Shown here: positions 54,201-64,000 of the stretch, piece by piece
How positions within the stretch are numbered: the first letter of the stretch is position 1
Layout: each line of letters opens with the position of its first letter
Assembly: GCA_963744145.1 (NCBI GenBank)
Contig: CAVUSO010000001.1
Span: 5,312,001-5,376,000, forward strand
Length of the DNA stretch: 64,000 bases
DNA from: an uncultured cyanobacterium
GTDB taxonomy: Bacteria; Cyanobacteriota; Cyanobacteriia; Cyanobacteriales; CAWUOF01
Direction of reading: 5' to 3'
Made by a program: the position numbers and the translations under genes
The notes under the pieces: model-generated
Seen by the model: only the letters and a program-made list of their open reading frames with translations
Databases searched by the model: none
Told to the model about the DNA's origin: nothing

Positions 54201-54597
54201 AAGTTTGTGGGCTAGATATTTCTAAAGAGCCAAGATTTGCTTGGATCAGATCAGTGAGGATAATAGCATTTATTGGTGGTATTGAGACCCAGGCTAAGAT
54301 ATAGCCGATCGCTGCATAACGCACTAACCAAGGATATTGACTTAATAATCGAGTAATATAAATTGGTGTACCACCAGCTAAATCAGGCCATCTTTCTCCT
54401 AAACGTTTCACTTGGAGGTTGAGCATAATACTAACTATGCTGGCAGGTAACATGATGAAAATTACGTTTTCTTGCAGGGCTGCATTCAAGTCTGGTGCAA
54501 TATAAAGCCACCCAATTAACCCACTTAAACTAAAACCTAATGCTTCTAATGGACTGAGAATTCGCGGTAGATGTCTTGGCAATTGTTGATCAAGCAT
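51220..54597 (-). CDS. APC-family permease-PAS-hybrid histidine kinase fusion, copy 3
   Basis: Same architecture; start set at ATG 54597 (MLDQQLPRH) by alignment with paralogues. Confidence 0.9.
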   Translation of the reverse strand: MLDQQLPRHLPRILSPLEALGFSLSGLIGWLYIAPDLNAALQENVIFIMLPASIVSIMLNLQVKRLGERWPDLAGGTPIYITRLLSQYPWLVRYAAIGYILAWVSIPPINAIILTDLIQANLGSLEISSPQTFLEIIFTVIPYIVAFSGTRALAILHLCFILPAIGFLLTFCVQGLGWLTFATDSPNFFPTHLPQLTFEQWAKWYFFASYSVYSCDTASSFVADSRRPDFTLRCLKFTAWLIIPIFVGGSWLMSRLATNPNLENNDFAHLLATAQYFWGPSAPILVTFLMASGCLLISATAVSNCPRIFYQLALDQHLSPVLTVVSRQGVLQPAILASFTLSIICLIWGNVTQIVMITGTSYLLTIMILHLGLWLGKHRSEVLWPQITGLICVVELAILVVGGLAWNRQDFIIGLFLPMIILMADSVIRHLPFAICHPTWWLTIQKNRAISSFNSFVEYQVIVLLLLVCSATTIGWFLRATIDKISSSVNANIFVVLLLSIAFISVAIACWTSLPQVTAIAEAREQAENLFVTALDTVLDTVLVLDTDGIIEQTNLAATELFGVNAEHLIGYHLNRFFPDLPNQPEAFPARSEQTLNPQLYCSLKRNPSQQIIEATISQRKKTQLQQYIVILRDITERKRLELRLQEAKVTAETANQAKSEFLASMSHELRTPLNGILGYTQIMQRTKDLNSHKNNVNIIHQCGTHLLDLINDILDLSKIEARKMELYFKDVHLIYFLTNITEIFRIRSEQKGINFYYQVSPNLPKVIKADEKRLRQVLINLLGNAIKFTDQGSVTFQVIMLDSELKIPTAESESHLVKIRFSIQDTGVGISSKQIYKLFQPFEQVGNKSRRGEGTGLGLAISQRMINLMGSQIQVDSILGVGSTFWFDLELAIATQWTNQITQEKQGQIIGYKGKQRTILIADDKEINRAIVIDILAPLGFKCIPATNGEEALTLVSQIQPDLVITDLVMPILDGFEFTRRVRQLPKGNQVVIIASSASVLAEDQVSSIEAGCNDFLPKPMEIEKLFFSLQKYLQIEWLYESATVQLLTTESQPDQPYIIPSAEELAPIYEAAKIGDIAAIESTAKHLQQIEPQYTPFVHRILALAEAFEDKEILNLVSAHLST

Positions 54598-55008
54598 ATA
54601 TTTTTTCCCTGGTAAAAGTGTAGGTGAAAATACTCTGAAAATATTGGCAAGTAGATTGACTAAAAATGCCAGTTTTTTGATCAAATATGATCCTAATTTT
54701 TTCCCAAAATAATTGAGATTATTTGTCGTTACATGAATCTTATCATAGTAATTAGAACGGGTAAATTTGCCGATGGTTCCAGCCAATAGAATTAGATTAC
54801 CCTAGGGCGATCGGAAAATAACTATTTTCTGACTGGTACAATCAAGCTACTAGAACCTTGACCTAGCAAGGATATTAAAAATATTTCAGAATTTGTAATC
54901 TAGGAAACATCTTTTTTTTTAAAAGTATAGTATTAGGTAAGAAATGAAAGGAAAACAGCTAAGATCAGGCGTAAAGATAGTTTTCTTTTTTAATAGCACC
55001 TGCTCCCT

Positions 55009-57532
55009 TTAGATTGATACATAGGATTCTACTAAATTTAGAATTTCTTTATCTTCAAAAGAATCAGCTAACGCTAGAATGCGATTGACAAAAGGAATAT
55101 ATTTAGTATCAATCTCTTGTAAGCGTTTAGCTTCTTCTTCGATCGCTGTAATATCACCGATTTTTGCCGCGGCATAGATTTGAGCTAATTCTAGAGCAGG
55201 TGGTACAATTAGGGTGGTGTTTTCCAGGACTGATGCTAAACTGGTTGATTGATGATCTAGGGGCAATGTTGATTCATAAACCCATTCAATTTTGAGATAT
55301 TTCTGAAAATAAAAGAATAATTTTTTGATATCAATCGGTTGGAAAATAAAATCATTAAAATTAGCTTTGATCCGATTAACTTGCTCAGGGGATAAACCCT
55401 GATTAGTAGCAGCAATAATCACGATATGATTAAATTTCGATAATTTCCGTAAACTCTGGGCAAATTGAAAACCATCAAGAATTGGTATTTCTAAATCTGT
55501 GATAATTAAATCGGGACTAAAGTATTTTACTTGAGTTAATGCTTCTTCCCCATTAGTTGCTTCCATGCACTCAAACCCAATGGGTTTAAGAATATCGAGG
55601 AGAATTAAACGATTTTCTGGGTTGGGATCAACAATTAATATTTTGCGTCGTTGACCTTGATAACCAACAATTTTTCCTTGATCCGCAATAGGGGCAGTAT
55701 TTTTCCATTCAGTTGCGATCGGAAATTCCAGTTCAAACCAGAAGGTACTTCCAAATCCAGGAGTGCTACTAACTTCAATCTTACTCCCCAGGATATTCAC
55801 AATTTTTTGGCTGAGTGCCAGTCCTAATCCCGTACCTTTTTGTCGTCGATAAACACTACTAACTTGTTCAAAGGGTAAAAAGATTGTTTCAATTTTTTCC
55901 GGAACAATACCTAACCCTGTATCTTGAATAGAAAAGCGAATCTTAACGTGAGAATCTCTTAATTCTAAAATAGTTACGTCGAAGGTAATACTACCTATCT
56001 CTGTAAACTTTACCGCATTATCCAGGAGATTCATTAACACTTGTCGCAGATGTTTATCATCAACTTGGATCGCAGTAGGTAGATTTGAGCTTACTTGATA
56101 ATGAAAATTAATCCCTTTTTTCTGGGCATGAGTGCGGGACAGTTCAATAATATTACTGAGAAAATAGGGTAAATGAACATCTTTGGGTTCTAGCTCCATT
56201 TTTTGAGTTTCGATTTTAGAAAGATCGAGAATATCATTAATTAAACCCAGCAGATAGGTGCCACATTGATAAATAATATTCACATTATTCTTATGCAGAT
56301 TTAGGTCATTAGCGTGTTGCATCAGTTGTGCTGCACCCAAAATTCCATTCAAAGGAGTTCTTAATCCATCACTGATCGATGCAATAAAATCGCTTTTAGC
56401 TTGATTAGCGACTTCTACTGCTACTCTTGCTTCATCCAGATGTACTTCTAATTTTTTCCGATCGCTCAGATCGCGCAAAATCACGATATATTGGGGAAGC
56501 GCATCTTTTTTTACTTCCGCAATTGTTACTTCAATAATTCTTGAGGGCTGAGGTAGAGATAGATTGCTAAAAACCCCTAAGTGTAGAGTTTGCTCACTCC
56601 GAGTCGAGAAAAATTCTGGTTGATTTGGTAAATCGGGAAAAAACTGATTGAGATGATAACCAATTAACTGCTCCGCATTGAGTCCAACCATTTCAGTAGT
56701 GGCTGGATTAATTCGACAAATAATTCCAGTTTCATCTAACAATAAAATTGGCTCGTTCACTAGATTTAAAGTTTTGATCAACAGAGTTTCAGCTTGGTCT
56801 TTAGCCGCAGCGATCGCCGTAATTTGGGGTAAAATAGTCCCGCAGGCGATCGCCACACTAATCAAAGCAATACTTAGCAATAAAATTACAAAAATATTGG
56901 TGTTTATACTACTATAAAAATGATCTAGTCGGCCTCTGAGCAACCAACTGATTGTAGTTGCACCACCAACTAATAACAGCAGCATGATGACTTGATACTG
57001 GATCAAATGAGAAAAATGGCTCATTGTTTGATTTTTCTGAGGACGGAACCACCAATCAGCAAGAAAGATTGCCAAGGGGAGACGACGAATAAATAGATCG
57101 ATCATTAAAATTACCATCGGCAAGAGAAGTCCAATCACAAAATTTTGCCGATTCCAAGCTAACCCACATACTACTAAAATGACACATTCAGCGACAAAAA
57201 TGCCACCAGAAAGCCAAGGCCAACGCACTTCGGTGCGATCTTTACCTAACCATAGTCCCATGTGTAAGATCATCATGGTTAACAGGTAGCCCGGACCTGT
57301 AATCATCACAATCTTAACCAGAATTGATGCAGACGGCGGGATAATGCCCTAACCAAGGATCGGGGCTGAACAGTCGAGTGATATAAATTGGCGTTCCACC
57401 AGCTAAATCCGGCCATTTTTCGCCCAAGCGTTTCACTTGTAAGTTGAGCAGAATGCCGACGATGGTAGCAGGTAAGATGACTAAGGGACTAAGAATGCGG
57501 GGCAGACGCCTGGGTAATGGTTGATTGAGCAT
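55009..57532 (-). pseudogene. Degenerate fourth APC-kinase copy (internal deletions; H-box His lost)
   Basis: 57314-57532 holds the paralogous N-terminus; 55009-57309 resumes late in the permease; SHELRTP is SDGLRTP; REC ADD/KP is VDP/QP. Confidence 0.8.
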
Positions 57533-57664
57533 GATGATGGTGAATTTTATCTAGAGCTTGAAAATAAATCTTTTGCCCTGAACAAAAGATTTATTCGTAG
57601 CAAAATTGCCAGCTATAATTCAATTGTAATTGATCGCCATCCCCAGACTATAATTAAATTAGGA

Positions 57665-58684
57665 TTAAGGGCGATCGCTTGCTGGCCAAGGAATACTGAC
57701 AGCGCGTAAAAATGCAGCGCTTTCTTCAGGTAAAGTAGTATTAATAAACATTCCCGTTCCTAATTCAAATCCAGCCGCCACAGAAGTTCTGGGTATCAGT
57801 GCTAAATACCAATGAAAATATGAAGCACTTTCATCTGCTGTCGGGATCGAGCGAATGGTATAGTTATAATCGGGATTATTTAAGCCATAGAAAAGTTTTC
57901 CTAGTAAAATTTTCAACATTTTTGCTAAGTCAGTAATTTCCACATCAGTAATTTCATCAAAAGAAGATGTATGGCGGCGCGGAAAAATCCAGAGATGAAA
58001 GGGAGAAAGGGCAGCGTAAGGGATAAAAGCAACAAAATGTTCTCCTGCAACCACAATTCTTTCACCAATGGCGATTTCCTCTTGTAAGGTCTGGCAAAAA
58101 ATACATTCACCTGTATCATCAAAATAGCGAATCGCTTCTTGAGCCCGAATTCGCAATTGATAGGGTACGATTGGTGTTCCCGCTAGTTGGGAATGTGGAT
58201 GTTCCAAAGAAGTTCCAGCCGCTTTCCCATGATTTTTAAAAATAATGATGGTCTCTACCCTTGGATCTAGTTTGAGGGTGCTGTATCTTTGACGATAAAC
58301 TTGCAAAATATTAGCGATATCCTCTAGATCCATCAATGCGATCGTCAAATCATGTCGGGGATGTTCGATAATAACTTCGTGAACCCCAACTCCTGATAAG
58401 CACCGATTCATCCCTTTTACTTGTCTGACTCGTTCTCCCACATTAGAGAGTGCTGGAAATTTATTAGCTACAGCACGCACCCTCCAGCTATTTCCATCGC
58501 TGATCCGCAATGATTCTGGTCCTGTAATTAGTTCGTTTCCCAAACAAAACGGACAATCTGACCGATACTGGGGCATTTCAATCGCTTTGGTAAAAGCTGA
58601 GGCAAATTCGTCGGGTCTTTTCGACCTTTCTGTCGCGATGATTACCCAGTCTCTGGTAATGGCATTTAACCTAATTTCTGACAT
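57665..58684 (-). CDS. galT: Galactose-1-phosphate uridylyltransferase
   Basis: ERSKRP, CPFC, NKFPAL, AGTSLEHPHSQ, GFELG; ATG at 58684. Confidence 0.92.
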   Translation of the reverse strand: MSEIRLNAITRDWVIIATERSKRPDEFASAFTKAIEMPQYRSDCPFCLGNELITGPESLRISDGNSWRVRAVANKFPALSNVGERVRQVKGMNRCLSGVGVHEVIIEHPRHDLTIALMDLEDIANILQVYRQRYSTLKLDPRVETIIIFKNHGKAAGTSLEHPHSQLAGTPIVPYQLRIRAQEAIRYFDDTGECIFCQTLQEEIAIGERIVVAGEHFVAFIPYAALSPFHLWIFPRRHTSSFDEITDVEITDLAKMLKILLGKLFYGLNNPDYNYTIRSIPTADESASYFHWYLALIPRTSVAAGFELGTGMFINTTLPEESAAFLRAVSIPWPASDRP

Positions 58685-58909
58685 TACTATCCTCTCTGTA
58701 AATATATATGTACGGTTTGGCAATCAATTTTCTAAAATTTCTTGCCTTTGCTGGAATTTAGTGCTAGGATATACTTACTTAGTACGCTTAAGATAATGAT
58801 ATTTTAGATATATTAATAAAAAGCGATCGCGATCAGTAATGTGATCGCGATCAGTAGACCAGAAAGCCAAAATAACTAGGACGGATATCTTACCGATCCA
58901 ATAACTTGT

Positions 58910-59257
58910 TTAAGTCTGCGTGAGCTTATGAAACAACCAAGTCACAAAAGATAAAACAATCGAGCCAAAAAAAGCAGGCCAAAACCCATGTATGCTAAAA
59001 CCATAACGTGCTGTGACGAATCCGACTAGAGACAGGGTAATCGCATTCACCACTAATAGAAAGAATCCCAAAGTAAGAACAGTCAGGGGCAAGGTAAAAA
59101 ATACCAATATGGGTCTGACTACAGCATTAGCTAGCCCCAAAATGATGGCAGCAATCAGCGCACCACCAATGCTCTTAACATCAAAACCTGGTACTATATA
59201 GGATGTAATTACCAGGGAGATCGCGGTGATTAGCCAAGTTAATAAAAAGTGTGGCAT
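58910..59257 (-). CDS. YvlD-like 4-TM membrane protein (phage holin family 4)
   Basis: LANAVVRPIL...TLPLTVLTLGFF..VVNA. Confidence 0.85.
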   Translation of the reverse strand: MPHFLLTWLITAISLVITSYIVPGFDVKSIGGALIAAIILGLANAVVRPILVFFTLPLTVLTLGFFLLVVNAITLSLVGFVTARYGFSIHGFWPAFFGSIVLSFVTWLFHKLTQT

Positions 59258-59463
59258 AAGTGCTTAAAAAAACGTCTATATATAAGTATAAGCGATCTGA
59301 TGGGTAGCTTCTGACCAATCAAAAAGCTGGTGAGGCTAGTGGGACATTTGGCTGTACTACTATGGTTTTCTTGATTATTTTTGGGAGTGAATATTTTAAT
59401 CTGATTTTAATTAAAAAAGTCAAGTAAATCATGTAATAATATAACATAGTTTACCTAAAATTA

Positions 59464-59955
59464 ATGATGATTCGCCAACTAACTGCTTTTGTAATAGCAC
59501 TATTTTTGTTGATTTTGTCTTTACCAGCGATCGCTTTAGATCATCCAAGTTTCACCTCCTTTAATAGTGTCGAGCTGACCAATCGTGACTTTTCTGGACA
59601 AGATTTACATACAGCTGAATTTGCTAGTGCAACGATCGAGAAAAGCAATTTTGCCAATACTAATTTAACCGGATCGGTTTTCAGCACCTCAGTAATAAAT
59701 CAGGTAAATTTGCATGGTGCAAATCTCACTTATTCCATGATTGATCAAGTAAAATTTATCAACAGTGATTTAAGTGATGCAATTTTGGTAGAAACAATTT
59801 TATTGCGAACTATTTTCACCAATGTTGATATTACTGGAGCTGATTTCACGGATGCGATTTTAGACGGTCTCCAAGTGAAGATTTTATGTGAGCAAGCATC
59901 TGGAGTAAATTCAATCACTGGTGTATCAACTCGTGATTCCCTTGGTTGTGATTGA
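59464..59955 (+). CDS. Secreted/lumenal pentapeptide-repeat protein
   Basis: Signal peptide, DFSGQDL, ITGADFTDAIL, LC..ASGVN..TGVSTRDSLGC. Confidence 0.9.
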   Translation: MMIRQLTAFVIALFLLILSLPAIALDHPSFTSFNSVELTNRDFSGQDLHTAEFASATIEKSNFANTNLTGSVFSTSVINQVNLHGANLTYSMIDQVKFINSDLSDAILVETILLRTIFTNVDITGADFTDAILDGLQVKILCEQASGVNSITGVSTRDSLGCD

Positions 59956-59969
59956 CTTGGTTGTGATGA

Positions 59970-61325
59970 CTATTTTAGTATTTCTAAACATAAATGACGA
60001 AAATGATCACCGCGCTGTTCAAAGTTTTGATATTGATCAAAACTAGCACAAGCAGGAGAAAGTAAAACCACACGAGCATTGAGGATTTGAGCCATTTCCC
60101 GCGCTTTTAATACTGCTTGTTCCATTGTTTCGACAATTTCGTAACGAGAATGATGGATATCTTCTAAGCGTTTGGCAAAAACTCCAGCCGCATCACCAAT
60201 TAATAATACAGCGGCAGTTTTAGTTTGGATCGTATTGATCCAAGCGGTATCATCTCCAGCTTTTGCTTCTCCACCAGCAATTAAAATTACTGGTGCATTA
60301 ACAGCAGCTAATCCAACTTGAGCAGCATCATAATTAGTGGCTTTGCTATCATTAATAAAATCTACTCCTTGCCAAGTACAGATATATTCAAGACGATGGG
60401 GAACTCCGGGGAAAGTATCAATCGCTTGGGCGATCGCTTCTTTTTCTATTCCTGCTAATTTCGCTGTAGCTACAGCCATTAATAAATTTTGTAAATTATG
60501 TTCACCCACCATTTTTAAAGTTGATGCGGGTACTACTTTTTCTCCCAGAGCAATCACCCAATCATCCTCAAGATAGATCCCCCAGTTGGGATCACCTAAC
60601 AGATGCGCTTTCCCTTTCACACTGGTCCAGAAAGCATCGGGCCATTGTTCTAAGCCGAGATTACGGAGATAAGCATCATCACCATTAAATACCTGCAACT
60701 CTGATTGTTTGAGGAGATGAGCTTTAATATTGTAATAATTTTCTAGAGTTTGATGACGGTTGAGGTGATCGGGGGTGAAGGTTGTCCAGACACCGATTCT
60801 TGGTGCCACATTCGGAGATGATTCAATTTGATAGCTACTAATTTCGGCAATTACCCAATTAGGAGGAGTTTTGCGTAGAGCTACCTCACAAATAGCATAA
60901 CCAATATTACCACAAGCAGGAGCATCAAAACCAGCAGCTTGGAATATCGCTGAAACTAAAGCAGTGGTAGTAGTTTTACCATTAGTCCCAGTAATTCCTA
61001 CCCAAGGACGAGTTTGGAGATGACGCCATGCTAGTTCAACTTCGCCAATGGTGTCAATCCCTAATTCCCTAGCACGAACTAATGGGGGTAAATCCCAAGG
61101 AACACCAGGACTAACGACAATTAACTGAGGAGGATCGGGAATATCTGGGTGAAAAGAATAACCCAATTGCACATTAATGTCTTCTGTAACCAGTTGTTGT
61201 TGATATTGGTGCAGGGTTTCCGAGTCAGTGCGATCGCTCACCGTCACTTTCCACCCTTTTTGTTTCAGCAATCTTGCGGCTGTGATCCCTGATTTTCCCA
61301 GCCCGATAACATGAGCATTAGACAT
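59970..61325 (-). CDS. murD: UDP-MurNAc-L-Ala:D-Glu ligase
   Basis: [40 protein letters not shown]. Confidence 0.97.
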   Translation of the reverse strand: MSNAHVIGLGKSGITAARLLKQKGWKVTVSDRTDSETLHQYQQQLVTEDINVQLGYSFHPDIPDPPQLIVVSPGVPWDLPPLVRARELGIDTIGEVELAWRHLQTRPWVGITGTNGKTTTTALVSAIFQAAGFDAPACGNIGYAICEVALRKTPPNWVIAEISSYQIESSPNVAPRIGVWTTFTPDHLNRHQTLENYYNIKAHLLKQSELQVFNGDDAYLRNLGLEQWPDAFWTSVKGKAHLLGDPNWGIYLEDDWVIALGEKVVPASTLKMVGEHNLQNLLMAVATAKLAGIEKEAIAQAIDTFPGVPHRLEYICTWQGVDFINDSKATNYDAAQVGLAAVNAPVILIAGGEAKAGDDTAWINTIQTKTAAVLLIGDAAGVFAKRLEDIHHSRYEIVETMEQAVLKAREMAQILNARVVLLSPACASFDQYQNFEQRGDHFRHLCLEILK

Positions 61326-61380
61326 ATTGATAGATATCCCTGGGTTAGCTTTTTAATGTTATCAGACTATGGGATATTTT

Positions 61381-63516
61381 TTAAGTTTTAACAATCGGAC
61401 CAAAATCGGCTAAAACGCGAGCGTGATTGCGTAAGAGTCCGAGTAGATTTAAACGATTACGTTTGATCTCTGGATCTGAGTCCATCACTAAAACGCTATC
61501 TGGACCATCAAAAAAATTGCTAACCGTGGGGGCAATTTGAGTTAACGCTGTCACTAATTGTTGGTAATTGCGTGATGCTTGAGCAGCTTGGGTTTGGGGT
61601 AATAACTCAATCAGTGCATCATAGAAATCTTGTTCACAGGATTTTTGGAATCGGGCTGGATTTACTGCTATTTTAGCATCAAGTTGGCGAGAATCTAAGT
61701 TTCCTTGAGCCGCTAGACGAGTGGAACGATTCACCGTTTCATAAATCTGGTCTAAACTATTATTAATGCGGATATTTTGGAGGAATAGAGCGCGATCGCG
61801 GGTATCGAGTAAATCTGTTAATGCTCTTTCTGCATATTCCGGATCATTTTCTCCTAATACTGCACTAACTAGATCATAATCAATTCCTTTTTCTTCTTGT
61901 AATAAGGTGCGTAGACGTTGGGAAAAGAATTCTTGCAGTTGGTTAAATAATTCTGGGGAAGCTTTAGGATGATTGGCGATAATTTGCTGAATTAATTCAT
62001 ATAAATTAAGGGATAAATCAGCACTCCAGATCATATTAATAATCCCATTCGCAGCACGACGCAAAGCAAAGGGATCAGAAGAACCGGTCGGGAGCATTCC
62101 TAAACCGAAGATACTAATCAGAGTATCGATTTTATCAGCGATCGCAATAACTTGACCGACAATAGTTTGGGGTAAGCGATCTCCTGCACCTCTGGGTAAA
62201 TAATGCTCAAAAATCCCCGTCGCAACTGCTTCTGATTCCCCACTAGCAAGAGCATATTTTTCTCCCATAATTCCTTGTAGCTCTGGGAATTCATAGACCA
62301 TCTGGGTAACTAAATCAGCTTTACAGAGCAAAGCAGCACGATTAATATTAGTGCGATCGCTTGCTTCTATCTGTAGCTGTTGACTAATTAATTCTGCATT
62401 TTTTGCTAATCGGTCTACCTTCGCTCCCATTGACCCTAATGCTTCTTGAAATGTCACTTTTTCGAGTAAGGGTAAATATGCTTCTAAAGGTTTAGCTAAG
62501 TCAGTTTGATAGAAAAAATTTCCATCCGCTAATCGGGCACGAATCACTCTTTCATTACCAGCAGCGATCGCCGCTGATTTCTGGGGATCGCCATTGGAAA
62601 TAGTAATAAAATAGGGTAATAATTCCGGAGAGTCTTGACTTTTATAGATGGGAAAATAACGCTGATGGGTTACCATCACAGTTTTAATGACTTCCGATGG
62701 CAAATTCAGAAATTCTACATCAAATTTACCAACTACAGCCGTGGGAAATTCAACTAAGTTAGTCACTTCCGCTAGTAATTGCGCTGGAATTTCTGCCCAA
62801 CCACCAATTTGAGTAGCAGCATCGCTAATTGCTTGTCTAATCTTAGTTTGACGTACTTCTGGAGCAACATCGACATACCCACTAGCTAGAAGTTCTACAT
62901 AATTTTCTGCATGACTAATAATAATCGGTTGGGGATGTAAAACTCGATGTACTTGGGATCTGCGATCGCTTGTTACTGTCTCACATCCATTGACTAATTC
63001 GATTGGTAATAGAGTATCATCTAATAAGGCAACCAACCAACGGATCGGACGCGGGAATTTTAGATCCCCATCAGACCAGCGCATTAACCGTTTACCTTCT
63101 AATTTAAAGATCCATTCGGGAATTAATTGGGTCAGAATCGCAGCGGTAGGATGTCCAGGGATATGTTTACGGATAAAGACAAAATCACCTTTGTCCGTGG
63201 GACGAATTTCCAGGGTATCTAATTCTACCCCCTGTTTTTTGGCAAATCCAACTGCGGCTGGTGTTGGTTTACCATTTTTGAAAGCAGTGGTAGCAGGTGG
63301 ACCTTTGATTTCTTCTTGTCGATCGGGTTGTTGGAGGGGTAAACCCTTGATTAATATCGCCAGACGACGTGGTGTAGCGTATATATTAATAGTATCGTTA
63401 GTTAATGAGTGTTCAGCCAGACTAGCGGGAAGACGAGATTGCCATTGGGCGATCGCTTCATCAATAAAGGTCGCGGGTAATTCTTCTGTACCGACTTCTA
63501 ATAAAAACGTAGCCAT
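61381..63516 (-). CDS. glyS: Glycine-tRNA ligase beta subunit
   Basis: [42 protein letters not shown]. Confidence 0.98.
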   Translation of the reverse strand: MATFLLEVGTEELPATFIDEAIAQWQSRLPASLAEHSLTNDTINIYATPRRLAILIKGLPLQQPDRQEEIKGPPATTAFKNGKPTPAAVGFAKKQGVELDTLEIRPTDKGDFVFIRKHIPGHPTAAILTQLIPEWIFKLEGKRLMRWSDGDLKFPRPIRWLVALLDDTLLPIELVNGCETVTSDRRSQVHRVLHPQPIIISHAENYVELLASGYVDVAPEVRQTKIRQAISDAATQIGGWAEIPAQLLAEVTNLVEFPTAVVGKFDVEFLNLPSEVIKTVMVTHQRYFPIYKSQDSPELLPYFITISNGDPQKSAAIAAGNERVIRARLADGNFFYQTDLAKPLEAYLPLLEKVTFQEALGSMGAKVDRLAKNAELISQQLQIEASDRTNINRAALLCKADLVTQMVYEFPELQGIMGEKYALASGESEAVATGIFEHYLPRGAGDRLPQTIVGQVIAIADKIDTLISIFGLGMLPTGSSDPFALRRAANGIINMIWSADLSLNLYELIQQIIANHPKASPELFNQLQEFFSQRLRTLLQEEKGIDYDLVSAVLGENDPEYAERALTDLLDTRDRALFLQNIRINNSLDQIYETVNRSTRLAAQGNLDSRQLDAKIAVNPARFQKSCEQDFYDALIELLPQTQAAQASRNYQQLVTALTQIAPTVSNFFDGPDSVLVMDSDPEIKRNRLNLLGLLRNHARVLADFGPIVKT

Positions 63517-64000
63517 ATATTACGGTGATTTACTGCTGGACTGGACATAAAAAGCTGGTTTAAGTAGTTTACAATATTTTCTCTGCTCACAACCCGACCT
63601 CTCAAATAAGTGGGATAACTCTTGTGGGACAGACATCTTGTCTGTCCTATTTACCAATTTAAGACAAAACTCACCAATTAAAGGTCTGGACTTTGGCAAA
63701 ATTTCAGCTATAATACATAACATGATAGTTTATACATTGTTAATCATCCGTCCCTACCCACCTGGGTGAGCCAGCTAGAGGAAGCAAGTCTACCATCAAA
63801 GGGTGTAGTTTGATACAAACCAGAAGTTAAATTGTGATAGCTTACTGGGGGTGAGATACTTCTTTACCTAGCTGTAATAACGCTTTTATATTCTCAGAAA
63901 CATAATTGTAAAATTGTCCATTGCCAAGGTGACAAGCACAAACAAAACCGCTCTACTGTGCTTGTTTAAATAAAATTCTGGCGTAAATAACCCAAAGGGG

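Noticed and set aside
54598..54786. 63-aa N-terminal extension of permease-kinase copy 3
   Set aside because: Paralogues start at the position equivalent to ATG 54597; the extension looks like AT-rich intergenic DNA
58910..59257. Prophage suggested by a holin-family gene
   Set aside because: YvlD-like membrane proteins are common chromosomal genes and no phage genes are nearby
62990..63550. Plus-strand 186-aa ORF
   Set aside because: Antisense to glyS with no recognisable motifs
63520..64000. Possible T-box, riboswitch or ncRNA upstream of glyS
   Set aside because: No T-box or other recognisable RNA motif was seen, and the 67-aa ORF there has no support

Overview
Chromosomal window from a cyanobacterium, judged by the very frequent HIP1 octamer GCGATCGC and by sqdB/sqdX, a CyaB-type cyclase, and GUN4-like and pentapeptide proteins. 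Housekeeping genes: moaA, rpsD, thioredoxin, mutS2, lpxB-lpxA-fabZ-lpxC-bamA, purC, cyaB, sqdX-sqdB, galT, murD, glyS. Three accessory zones stand out. (1) 0.2-3.5 kb: a split triple-TIR/TM/WD40 gene followed by a HIP1-anchored repeat stack. (2) 15.3-26.5 kb, downstream of mutS2: co-oriented nuclease and toxin-antitoxin cassettes separated by a recurring ~63-bp HIP1-bounded linker and a shared HIP1-TATAAT motif, then IS/MITE debris, an LRAT-like gene and a GUN4-L7/L12 fusion. (3) 41.3-57.5 kb: five hybrid histidine kinase genes in tandem. Four are fusions of an APC-family amino-acid permease to PAS-HisKA-HATPase-REC; three are intact and one is degenerate and lacks the phospho-accepting His. 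The best candidates for an undescribed system are the permease-kinase array and the HIP1-delimited cassette array. No rRNA, tRNA or CRISPR array was recognised. All family assignments come from motif recognition by eye, not database searches.
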